From Utricularia gibba (taxonomy: Eukaryota; Plantae; Magnoliophyta), in NCBI GenBank assembly GCA_002189035.1, contig NEEC01000018.1:930001-994000 (forward strand): a stretch of 64,000 nt of DNA, written 5' to 3'. Positions 1-11,720 of the stretch are shown here, piece by piece. Below the pieces are notes generated by a model. That model made no database searches, had not been told where the DNA came from, and was given only the letters and a program-made list of their open reading frames with translations. The position numbers and the translations under genes were made by a program. Position 1 is the stretch's first letter. Every line of letters starts with the position of its first letter.

Positions 1-1294
1 TCAGAGAACGATTAACCATATCCGATTTGTACCCCATCAACCTATTATTTAGATTACACATGTGTCAAAGTTCAAATAAAATAAAATAAAAATTTTAATA
101 ACCTTCATTACAAAATCATTTTATGATAAAAAAGAATTGGAGTTTCAATTACCTTCAATCTTATTTGGATTGAATGTGATCTCCAATAAATTTTTATTAA
201 ATACAATGATAATATTATAAAAACTTACTCAACTCATCATTTTCAACTTACATGTCAAACATCTCATGATATTAACTTCGAATAAATTACATTTACATAT
301 TAAACATGAATTATTTTTTAAATATTTAAAGTATATTTATATACATCCAAATTAAGTAAACCAAAATTCCGACCCAACACATTAACTAAACTACCCGTCT
401 CTATTTAAATATAAGCATTAGTCAAGGTTAAGCAAGTCAAAAAAAGTGTCATAAGCCCAGAGTCATAATCTCTAGAAAAATCGTATATTTTATATTAAAA
501 AACGGTATTTTCTTATGGTAGATTGGAACCGCAAGTACGGCCGGCATGGAAAATGGTTTTTTTAATTAATAAAGTAAGAGTTATAAGAAGCAACTCATAA
601 GTTATTAAAGTGATTTTCTTTAATTTTTGAATAATATAATTTTTAAACTTCAACTTACATTTTTGTAAACAATTTATTCCTCAACTTATGAAATTACATA
701 TTTAACCTTCCATGCGTAAGTTTTCATTTAACTATTTTGACAATTGTTTTGATTTATATATATATATATATAAACCTTTCATTTTTAATTTATCATTTTT
801 AGGTATTCGTTACATCCTTAATTTTTCATGTTTGATTCAATTTTTAAAAATTGTTTGGGTTTTCATTAAACCGGTTATGACAAATTGAAGTATATTTTTT
901 GTAATTTTGAAATTTGTGGATTAGACTTTTTATACTGACTGAAAATTGAGTTGTTATTTTTGTAATTTTCTCTAATCTTAAAATTGAGTATATTTTACAA
1001 AGCATAAGTTAAAATTAAATAAGATGGATGAGTGAGTGACCACCGAGGCCCAGCCGTAGTAGAGAGGTGGGGGTGTGTGTGCCCTGAGATTTGAAGTGGC
1101 CCGAGAGGGGGGCGACGCGGTTTTAAAGATAAGGGAGGGAGGCGTCGCACGTGCGGTCCTGCATTGCGCACAACTGTACGACGCCACATGTTGAGACTGA
1201 TCTTTTGTTTTCTTTGTTCCCCCGCTTCCCCTCATATTCCTCCCACCTTCCTCCCTTTCTGATACCCCCCAAATTCCCTCCCACTCCGCCTCTC

Positions 1295-1302
1295 TATATA
1301 AA
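1295..1302 (+). promoter_or_regulatory. TATA box of the ARM-repeat gene
   Basis: TATATAAA follows a pyrimidine-rich stretch immediately 5' of the coding region. Confidence 0.6.
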
Positions 1303-1317
1303 TAGCTGCTCGCCGCC

Positions 1318-2728
1318 ATGGCCACCAGCTTCTTTTCTGTTCTGCACCAGCAGCAGCATAGGATGGAAACGAGTTCGCTTCCTCCTTACTTGGCCGCCGG
1401 CATCAGCAACGATTCTTCCTCCGCCTTCAGCGACTGTAACAGCGATGAATCCACCGACTTCCAGACGGCGTCATCTCAAGAGCGCCGCCGGGTGTTGCTT
1501 GCCACAGCTGCTGCGGACCCGGACGACCTCATCATTCGCCTCGTCTCTGACCTTGAATCTGGTGACATTGATGTACAGAAGCAGGCTGCAATGGAGATAC
1601 GTCTCCTTGCCAAGAATACGCCTGAAAATCGAATCAAAATCGCCAAATCCGGCGCGATCAAGCCCCTAATTTCCCTCATTTCTTGCAATGATCAGCAACT
1701 CCAGGAGTACGGCGTCACCGCGCTTTTGAATCTGTCCCTCTGCGACGACAACAAGAAGGAAATCGTCTCTTCGGGGGCGATCAAATCCCTAATCTGCCCG
1801 CTCAAGATCGGTACCTCAACGGCCCGCGAAAACGCCGCCTGCGCGCTCCTCCGCCTGTCCCAAACCCAGGAGAACAAAATCGCAATCGGCCGATCCGGCG
1901 CGATTCCCCCGCTGGTGAATCTCCTCGAGCACGGCGGCATTCGCGGCAAGAAAGACGCGTGCACGGCGCTCTACTCACTCTGTTCCGAGAAAGAGAACAA
2001 AGTGAGGGCACTGAAGGCAGGGATAATGAAGCCATTAGTAGATCTGATGGCCGATTTGGGTTCCAGCATGGTGGACAAATCCGCCTTCGTGGTTAACTTG
2101 CTGGCCTCGACGGCGGAGGCTCGCGCGGCGCTAGTGGAAGAGAGCGGGATCCCGGTGCTGGTCGAGATCTTGGAGGAGGGGACGCAGCGGCAGAAGGAGA
2201 TCTCGACGGAGATACTCTTGCAATTGTGCGAGGACTCAGCCAGCTATCGCGCAATGGTGGTCAGCGAGGGCGCCATCCCCCCGCTCGTGGCTCTGTCCCA
2301 GGCCGGAACCACCCGAGCCAAACAAAAGGTTAGTGACCCGGACGAGTTTCTATCCTCTACATCATTCCCCACTCCTTACCCTGCACACGCACACGCATTA
2401 TTGATCCATCCATCCCCATAGCTCTATCCTTCTAGTAGGTAGGACGTCCTAATTTCACCCCCGGTCCCTTTTTTTCGGTATCATGTAGTTTAGCTTCAGG
2501 AGTGGGAATGGGGTATTTTTGAAAACTAACTATTCTCATCTTTTCTTTCACACATTAATACCAAAATTTTACATATAGGATAAGTATTTTTGACCCTTGT
2601 GATTACTTTTCAATAGTTGAGGAAGTAATTGTTTGATTCTGTGATGCGGACAGGCAGACGCATTGGTAGGAGTTCTGCGGCAGCCCAGGTGCAGGAACCT
2701 TGAGGCGAACTACATTCATACACTATAG
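1318..2728 (+). CDS. Armadillo-repeat protein of the plant PUB/ARM family, no U-box visible; 2 exons (1318 or 1363..2328, 2654..2728)
   Basis: Tandem ARM repeats (GAIKPLISLIS, GAIKSLICPL, GAIPPLVNLL, GIMKPLVDLM, GAIPPLVALSQ) and an N-terminal SSAFSDCNSD motif. The phase-0 GT-AG intron 2329..2653 joins ...RAKQK to ADALVGVLRQPRCRNLEANYIHTL*. Confidence 0.9.
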
Positions 2729-4299
2729 AGTCTCTCCCTCCCTCCGGCTCTATCCAAAGGGATAGACGGAAGTGGAGACATTCCCAAATACTGATAGGGG
2801 AATAAAGAGAAAAACAAGCGGAAAAAGAGTCCAGGCTCCCTCCCTACTTGTAGATATGGACAAAGGTGCTGGCTGACTTTTACTCCCGGAGAAGCCCCGG
2901 CAGTCCACAGTGAGGAAAGTAAGACCTGGAACGCTCTTTTCCGCGATTCATTTCTTTTCGCTTGTAAGATACGGATTGGTAGTGGGTGCGTGGGAACCCT
3001 CTCCCCCCTTTCGGTTTGTGCGGGGTTGCAGGAAGGTCCACTCTGTTATCATATCTGGTTTTGTGCAATTTCAAATCAATGGGTCTCAAATTCTTCTTCA
3101 TCCCACGGCACCCATGGCATCCATGGATGGTCCCTACTGCAAATGCGCGTCACCCAGAAAACGAAAACCATGATAGGATTCAACTCAACCGTATCATTCG
3201 GAGCATTCCCGCCCCTGCGTTGGGTCGCACATTGCACCTCGTGTGGTGTGATGTAGGTCAACGCTGAAATGATTTCACCGCTGCCAACAAGATGGGGTTA
3301 TTGAAGAATAATACCCACTAACAAATATTGTTTTTTTTTAAAAAAAATCTATTATTCATTAAAATTAAATATATAAATGTAATTATTTATCAGTTTCAAC
3401 TAAAAATTTAATGTATGTAATTAAAAACTTCGTTATACTGTTTTATGTGGTAAAAGAATTTTTTTATTTATCTTATTTGTTTGATATTATTTATTTTTAC
3501 TATAAAAATAATTTTTTAAATTTATTAAATTAAATGTCTTGTGTTAAATATAAATCTTGAAATTTAAAAACGATTTTATCATCATCTAGTAGGTGTGCTA
3601 GGTGGACCTGCCCAATCCTTATGCTTCTATCTCAATACGATGCATGTGATTAGAAGAGTATTGCAGCTCGAGATTGGATTTTTGTGTATTAAATTAATTG
3701 TTAGTTGCGGAATGGGTTTTCTATTCTTATTTGTTTATCCCATCTTCATCTTCTATGTATGTGGTGAAGTAGAGGGTGTCATGTTTGGTCATTTCCACTT
3801 GTAATGATGAGGTTCATTACAAGGTGTAGTGTCAAGAGTTTCTTGAAACCACAAGGTTTTTGCTTTCTCTTCAATTGTCACACTAAATAGTGTCTTGAGG
3901 ATGTTGTCCAACATATTTTGAAGAGTTGGGAGTCCTTAAAGATTAATCAAGTATAATTTCATCACCACCACCAAGACATTCATCATTAGTTGGTGTGGTG
4001 AAACTAGAATCATTAGTTAATTAAGTTATGGTTTTGGAAAATTATTAAAATCTGTTTTTATTTTTTCTAAATTATTTTAAAAAATTAAAAATAATTGATA
4101 GAAATAGCAATAGATTGTAATTGTTCTAGAAAACTATAAAAATAAGATGTAAAAGTAAAAATAAGAAGTAAAGCAACATTTTAGAAAATTTTTACTATCT
4201 ATTTCTATTTTTTTCAAAATTAATTTAGCAAAATATAAATAATTAAAACACTTAATCAAGGGTGATCATTTTTTTAACACACTCGACTGATTTTCCTTT

Positions 4300-5150
4300 G
4301 CCTCCAGTGCCAAATGTATAAGAGCTAAAGAATTATATGTCTGTTGATCTAGAAAGATAATCTTGTATCCAAAGTATAAACAAATGAGAGACCACTCATG
4401 GGATGATAAAGATATAATTACTTTATGATTTATACAAAAAAGATTTTTCAACCAACACAATATGCTGTGAAATATGTGAATTGTCTTATTGAAAATTCAT
4501 AATATCAATATCCTTATGACTTTCACTATATTTAATGAGACACACATAAATAAATTTTTGGGAAACTCATGTTTCTTAGTGACTCATGTATATGAGAAAC
4601 ATTTTGATCCAAATATTATGCAGATAGCATAATTTTGATGTAACTTATAGAAAATAAAGAAGACTCCTTTTTAAGTGAAGGTGAATGCATTTGATTCTGG
4701 AGATAAACAAACATACTCAATAATTCATCTCATGTTCTCAAATTGTTCTATTCTCCTTTTAATCATTCCCCCATTTGTTCTAGAAGTGCTAATTTATATT
4801 GCTTTATTATTGATGAGGCTATTCTAATTATAGGTAATATTGTTCGATCATCGACTAATCGCTCCATCATGCCCTATGTCACAATGAACTCGATGAAATA
4901 CATATTTTGTGATTAGTAACTCATGTATCAACTATCCACACTATCTCAATTAGAGAATCATCAATCTTTAGGGATGCTAGACCTTGAGAAAGTGTATTTT
5001 GGTAATTTTTTAAAAAGAAAATTAGTGTGTTATTCAATAAATTTTGTGAAGTTGGCCAATTGATTTCACAATGCATAACGTTGTTCCTCAAATTTTTGGG
5101 GATCAGCATCAAGTGGGGGAGAGAGATGCTGCTATTTCATGCTAAAATTA
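4300..5150 (-). mobile_element. Highly degenerate LINE (non-LTR) reverse transcriptase remnant
   Basis: Minus-strand peptides VMHCEINWPTSQNLLNNTLIFFLK and YIKIMLSA*YLDQNVSHIHESLRNMSFP resemble the plant L1 RT motifs NxTLIxLIPK and IKxDxxKAYDxxxWxFlxxxLxxMGFP, in the expected order. There are many stops and frameshifts, and the boundaries are approximate. Confidence 0.4.
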
Positions 5151-5953
5151 AGGGTAAGGAGTCATTTCAAATGGTGCCCATGAGGCCTACGTTTTGTTGT
5201 AAATCAAACACCAAGAAGAAGAAAAGATTTAAAAATCTCAGATACGTAAAACGCTATTCTAAAGGATTTCACCACCCCCTTCTAGGATTCAAGAGGCTCT
5301 TCGAGAACTAATCTCACAATCTAGAGATTGGGCCACACACACTTGAGATGCTTTTTGGGGTGGGTTTGCACCCCCCCCCCCCCTACGCGTAGCCATTTTT
5401 GGGTTTTGAATCCCTCCAAAATCCCAACCTAATCTAATATATTAGAATCTTGTGTGTACATGAGGCCCAGCTCACTCTCAAGACTATGAAAGATATTGGG
5501 TTGCGCTTCCATAAAAACTAGTTGAAATGACTTTAAACTAGCAATGTTGGATTGCCAATCCCTTTTTCCAATACATTATTCCAACACGTTTTATAAGTCC
5601 ATTGTGTGCATTCAATGGTTTGTGACACTCGTCGGAACTCTTTGTGTAGCAATGATGGTACAAACTGCGTGAAGTGACCAATTGCTATTTGCTTACATAA
5701 ATGATATAAAAAATGCAATTACTTTTTAAAACATTACTCTCCCAACTAAGGATATTGAACAAACAAAAAAATAAAAATAAAATATTCAACAAATGCTTTA
5801 AAAAAAGGGTATTTAGCAAAAAACTTTTTGTAATGAGGTACTTTGAAAAAAAAAAATCCTCATCCAAATACAATGAATAAATTAGGAACACAAACACTAA
5901 ATTGTATTGGTGATCTTCAGGTTGAATTAAAAACTTGGATATGCATTAGACAT

Positions 5954-6424
5954 TGTTGAGGTCGAAAATCTATTCTGTAGGGTTTGACCGATTTACCGAG
6001 TTGCGAGTGCAATCTGATGGATTCCGGTTCATGATATACCGATTCTGGGATAATGTTGATAACAAAAGAAATGCAAAGACATGAGGATTTTTACGTGAAA
6101 ATCGACATAAGACAAAAAAAACCATCGAGCAATCAAAGCTCGATGGAAGAACGATTTCATTAATAGTGGGGGAAATAGATACACGTGGGAGAGTAGAGAG
6201 TTCAACCTTTTTTTCCTCAGATTTCCTTATATTTATAGGAGAGGTCGACCCGACCAAACTTTGAATTCTATAGGTGTTGACTGTTTTCTATGTCTATTAG
6301 CCGTACTGTAGTCTTGATGAATAATAGTAGGTTGCTCTGACATCCTTGTAAATCGGTTATTTTTCAGATTGTCAAAACGGTTGCCGTTAAGCTATGACAC
6401 TTATCGGTCTATCGTATTATAACA
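5954..6424. mobile_element. Possible solo-LTR or LTR remnant
   Basis: Starts TGTTG and ends AACA. It contains GATTTTTACGTGAAAA...AAAAAAACCA and TATATTTATAG segments typical of copia LTRs. No target-site duplication was found. Confidence 0.3.
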
Positions 6425-7326
6425 GCTTTTCAATATAGCATCTAAGCCCTTGAATCAATTGATTTGGTTTGTAATGAGTCAATTTCGCTATTTATGTACC
6501 CACCAATTTGCAAACCTCTTCTTTACCCACCTCCATGTGGCACTAGCGAATTTTGAGCCCCATGATCATCATATACATAAATTAAATTTCTTGATTAAGT
6601 ATATGAGCGATAAAGTTACAATGATCAATTTTCTAAATGACCCATGATTTTCAAGATTTAGATCATATTTGGTATATTGGACGACATCAGTTTTCGTTAA
6701 TTAGAAAATTTATATGATATATTTGGTAAAAATACATTTTAATCTTGGATGGATATAAACCCAATATTTTCAATTTACATGGATTTTTTTGCAAACCCAT
6801 AAACATGCCAGGTTTAAAGAAAAATATCTTTTTATTTTTTTAATTTTTTATGTTTCATTAATTAAATATGAGAAATTTCTAAACCATATCCATTAAATAT
6901 TCTAGCTTAATTTAAACCAATTATTTCGTTTTCAAGCCATTAATTTGAACATGGCTATTGGTTTATTGCCATATTAATTGATGAATTAATTCTTATAATT
7001 TTATAGGATCATTTACAAAAGTAATTATCCATGTACTTTATTTCATATACTAAATTAAAAAATTTATATTATGAATAACCAATTTTCCCAAATAATATCT
7101 CAGACATGACTAGATTTTTAATTCATCTAATCCATCCTCCTTTTACATATGCAGATGAGTGGGATAGATCATAATACTGTGTGTATCCCAGAATTAGGGG
7201 GTCAATCTCCTTATTAATCTTCTAATTATTTCTATTCACCTTATTTCCACCCACACTTTTTTTCAACACGTGCAAAATGGTATAGTAAGGTTCTCTTCTA
7301 TCCATTCATTTTTCATTTGGTTAAAC

Positions 7327-8947
7327 TCAGTTCCAATGGATTCTCCTTGAAACTACAGTGCTCGCATCTGCAACCCTGGACCTAGTTTCTGCCAGTGCCA
7401 CTGCGTTTCTTATGCGCTCTCCAGGCTGTAACTCCCCCGGGTTTCTTCTACAGAACTTGATCGAAGCTTAGCAGGCGGAATGAAACAGTCCACTGACAAC
7501 CCTGGAACGTTGAACGCCACTTCCTCGATTGTCCATGACTCTTCCATTCTTGTTTTTGTATGGCTCATTGCGTCCTCACCGAACCGGAAAAGTGTAACCA
7601 CCGATCTGCCTGAGTGTGCTATCATGATCCCATCGACGGCCCTGTAGTCATGCATGAAGGAGTGGGTAGTAGTCTCCCAGTACACAGCATCACCACCGTT
7701 GTTCTGGATCCGGGTCAAGTGGGAGTCTTCTAGATGCACCAGAAGCCCTGTTCTCTGGCTGAAGTATCCGAATAAAACGTGTCTTATGATCTCCGCAGGT
7801 CCTTCGCTTCTGGCTTTGAGGGTATGTGGATCAGCAGACAGTTTGAGGACAAAACAATCCTCTCCGTTGACGCGCTTCTCTCCCATGCATCGAGCATTGA
7901 TGAACATGTTTGCTGTTGTTCTTGGATCAAGTCCCTGAGAATACATCAATGTTCATCAGTTCAGAAAGCGCGGTGGCCATGTTAACAGTGCAGGAAAACT
8001 ATGCAATCCTTACCTGAAGTGCGCGGCGAAGAGGTCGAACAGGTCCTTTGGCAGTATGAGCGCCAAGCCAGGGAGTATGGCGCCACACCAGTTTTCCATT
8101 GCAACCGGCATGAATCTTGCTGCCTCCTAGAGCCAGTTCCACGTACCACATATCAGGATTCATTTGCCACAGCACGAATCCACCAGATTCAGCGGCTCTG
8201 GTTGTGTTCTTGCCTTTGATAACTTTCATCGCAGTTCCCGTGTCAGATGCGGACAACTTAACCTTCCCCATTGCATAGGCATTTTGCACTGAATTATGAA
8301 GCATTTGCCCACCTGAAGCCGCTAGGTATTGCTGCAGTATGTAGAGAGCAGAAGAAGTCTCCTGTGTAATAGCCAAAACATCAGTTTCTCAAACAGGGGG
8401 ACGAAACTATACAGCACAACACAAAGGCAAGGACCACCAGGGGCTAAATCAAACAATTATTGAAGTGATGAATACGCACGAACCAAGAGACGCGAACTAC
8501 CAAGACAAGAAGCAGTAAAGGAGAAATGGAGAATATACTCACAATGGGGGTGTCCTTAATGGAGAGGTGAGGCAGACAGTAGTGGTTGCTGAGTTGCACC
8601 GGCGCTAGTGGTGCACCGAGGACGCCGAGGAGGAGCCTCAGATCGGACCGCGAGTAAGCCGGCACCACAACAGAACCGGGTGTCCGACAAAGCCAGTTGG
8701 CCCACCCATCGCTCTTCGGGTCACGCGAACCCGTCCGGCTCGGATCCGGACCTTCCCTCAATGGCGACAGCGCCTCCACCCCCCTTCTAGCGACGACAGT
8801 CTTCGGAGGACCCACACTGTTCCTCCGCCGCGTCCGCGACCCAGAACGAGACGGCGATTCCTTCCGGCAACTCCTGGACCTCGCCGGCGACAAACCCCGA
8901 ACTACTTCCTCCTTCAGGGAGGATAAGAAACCCCGATTCTGCTCCAT
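7327..8947 (-). CDS. DUF620 family protein; 3 exons (8947..8543, 8361..8014, 7934..7410 as assembled, or ..7327 after restoring one base at 7434-7438)
   Basis: Motifs LRLLLGVLGAPLAPV, DTPI|ETSSALYILQQYLAASGG, LVWRHTPWLGAHTAKGPVRPLRRALQ|GLDPRTTA and TKTRMEESWTIEEVAFNVPGLSVDCFIPPA; all introns are GT-AG. Confidence 0.9.
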
Positions 8948-9547
8948 GGAGGGCGCGGGAGTGCAAGCGTGAGTGCAAAATGGGCGTCCTCGAGGTGGCG
9001 TCAAGTGCGAGGCGGCGCAGACCAGAAAGGACAGAATATTACAGAAGCCGAATGAGTAGCCTGCCCCCCGTCCCTCATTATTTATTTCTTTTCGAATTCC
9101 CCTGGGCGTGAAATATCTGTAAAACGAGGAAATTGGAATTATATCTTGTCACTTTCCTTGCACATGATATGTTTTCATTACAACGGGAAACTGTATATTA
9201 ATAAAGTATTACATATATAATAATAATAATAATATCATTTAAATTAACTAATAAATCATTTTCTAAATATTAAAATATAAAATATATATATTTAAGAGAA
9301 CTATCATAATAAAAATACCTTATTTTATTAAAAATTTAAAATGGGTTACGTCATAGAAATTAATTTTTTCCCCTATTTCTGGTGAAAATACTCAAATTTC
9401 ATCACATTCAAATAAATTCGAATTACACATATAATTTAAAATTAAATTCTTTCCCATGTATACCCTACTATGGGTATTACGGTTGCGTGATTTACATATT
9501 TACTTAAAACCCCCCATTGGCGGCGCGGCCCAAATCCGGCCACCACC

Positions 9548-9632
9548 CACGTGACGTGTTTTCATCCCTCAGAAGCGAGTGAATTGTCACGTGAGAAAAA
9601 CATTTCTTACCGCTGAGTCACTGCCGGCCAAT
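9548..9632. promoter_or_regulatory. Cluster of bZIP/bHLH-type sites between the divergent DUF620 and ERO1 genes
   Basis: CACGTGACGTG (9548-9558), TCACGTGA (9587-9594), TGAGTCA (9614-9620) and CCAAT (9628-9632) lie in a GC-rich island within AT-rich DNA. Confidence 0.45.
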
Positions 9633-10946
9633 AAAAGCGGCTTGCCGGTGCATTCAGCCATCACGTTTTTTTTTTTATTCTTTTTGCATTTGATTTTTTT
9701 TATTTTACCTTTTTTAGGCATAAAAACATATGAATAGGGTACTTTAATCAATTATGTAATTAAATTATCTTATTTAGACAAATATACATTGTAGGACTAA
9801 ACTTAATAATATATTTTAATATATAATTTTATAAATATATATTTAAAATAATATTATTTTTGGAATATAGATTTAGAATGTATTAAAAAAACCAAATTTC
9901 ACTCGACTAAAAAACTCACGTGAATGATTGAAATTCTTTTAAAACTATTTATAAAATATATTTACATATAAGAAAATGAAAAATATATTTATCAAAAAAA
10001 TATAATTCTTGAAACATATATGTTTATTAAACAAACATTTTCAATAGAATATAGCATGCATGAATGTCATAAAATAAAACTAACAACCAAATATTAGCGA
10101 AAGTGAAATTTATCAAATTTTTTGGCATATTCCATAACATAATGGATTCATGATATAAAGAGGATCATTTCGAAAAGTGATTATTATCATATTCTCTCAC
10201 ACACATTCAAATAAAAATTTTTAATTAAGGATGACCAATTTTATTAGACACTAAAAATAGGATGATCAGATTTATAATACATTCTGCAAAGAGGTATGTG
10301 AGATTATGTCATAAGCAGTCACCATGCCTAAAAGTCTTTTTACAATTTCGATTTAATGTGCACATTTAAAAAATGGTGATTTTTTTTCACTTGAATATCA
10401 CATGCAAGACAAAAATGGCACGTGTATGCAAATATGGGACCACTATAATCTTTCCCTTAACCATCATTTCTTCAAATAAATGATGAAGTGCCACGTAGGT
10501 GCGTGACCACAAAGAATATATGATTATTATCAATCAATATTTGTAGAATTCGTTCACAACATTTAAGTTGAAATAAAAATTAAGTAGTTTATTAATTTTT
10601 GCCCAAATTTTTAGTATATGATGCTGATAAAAATCTCGACATTTACTCTGTAAATGCAAAATTTAATCATCATGTCATGGCTGCATGGCACTTTATTTTA
10701 ATTATTATCATTATAAAAATTAAATTCCGGTATTATTATGAAGAATTTATTTTTATATCGACGTTCTAACTCATTATTAGTGACGGCCGGACAATGGTCG
10801 GAGAAAATAAAGATCAATTTTACCAAATTATTAAACTATGGGGATTAAATTTATTTGGTTTTAAAATATTAAGAAAAAAATTATAAATGATATTTAAAAA
10901 ATGAGGATAAAAAATGAGTGAAATAAAAAAATTGAAGATTAAAACA

Positions 10947-11174
10947 GTATTTTAGAAAAATTTTAAAACCTATTTCTATTTTTCAAAAGTAAAAATAATT
11001 TTGTTTTAAAACAATTTCAATTATAAAAGTAATTTTATCAAAAAATACTTTCAAAATTATATTGTAAAAATTATTTTTGAAAAAGTAATGAGTTGTTTAA
11101 TTTTACTTCTTATTTTTATTTTTTTAAAATAATTTTAAAAAGTAAAAGTACATTTCAAAAATTTTACAAAATAC
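10947..11174. mobile_element. AT-rich MITE-like element, degenerate relative of the copy at 52240
   Basis: Imperfect terminal inverted repeats (GTATTTTAGAAAAATTTT / AAAATTTTACAAAATAC). The interior aligns by eye with 52240..52417. Confidence 0.45.
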
Positions 11175-11720
11175 TATTTAAATATGCTAAGTTTCTCAAA
11201 AATTGGGAACAAAAAATGACAAGCACTTAAAATTTGGAGATTATGTATATTAATGGGGAACTATTTATGTTATTTTCATTAAATATTGAGAACTAATCGC
11301 AATAATTTTAAAAATCTTAGTTATTTTTGCAGTTGAGTGCCCCATTATAATCTTATTCTACATTTTAAATAGAGTGAAAAAGAATCAAAAAATAGGGCGG
11401 TGCCCTTCCTAGTTTGATTAGCATGGGCCCAACGGACCCAATGTATAATGAGGCCTTAGAAATCCATTTTCTTGGCCCACACTTAACTTCGGAGGTCGGT
11501 TGTAAGTGGTCAACGCGTCGTCTCGAAGTCTCTGACCTGCCGTTAATTTTGAAGTTTTCTTCCTAAACATCACCGATTTGAGCCCGCAATTTTCCGTTGA
11601 GTCGCCTCTTTTTCCATCGTCAATCGCTGCCAACTGCTCTTGTGTACTTCTCCTTTCCGCGAGAATTAGCTCAAATTTTTCGTATGAATATTGTTTTGAT
11701 TCGTGAGAATTGTATGAGAA

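Noticed and set aside
1151-2035. Overlapping and antisense ORFs across the ARM gene, and similar ones over DUF620, AP2 and TBL exon 1
   Set aside because: These are shadow ORFs expected in GC-rich coding exons, with no recognisable motifs.
2760-3300. Cluster of 70-93-aa ORFs after the ARM gene stop
   Set aside because: The position and composition fit a 3' UTR; there is no family motif or consistent splice structure.
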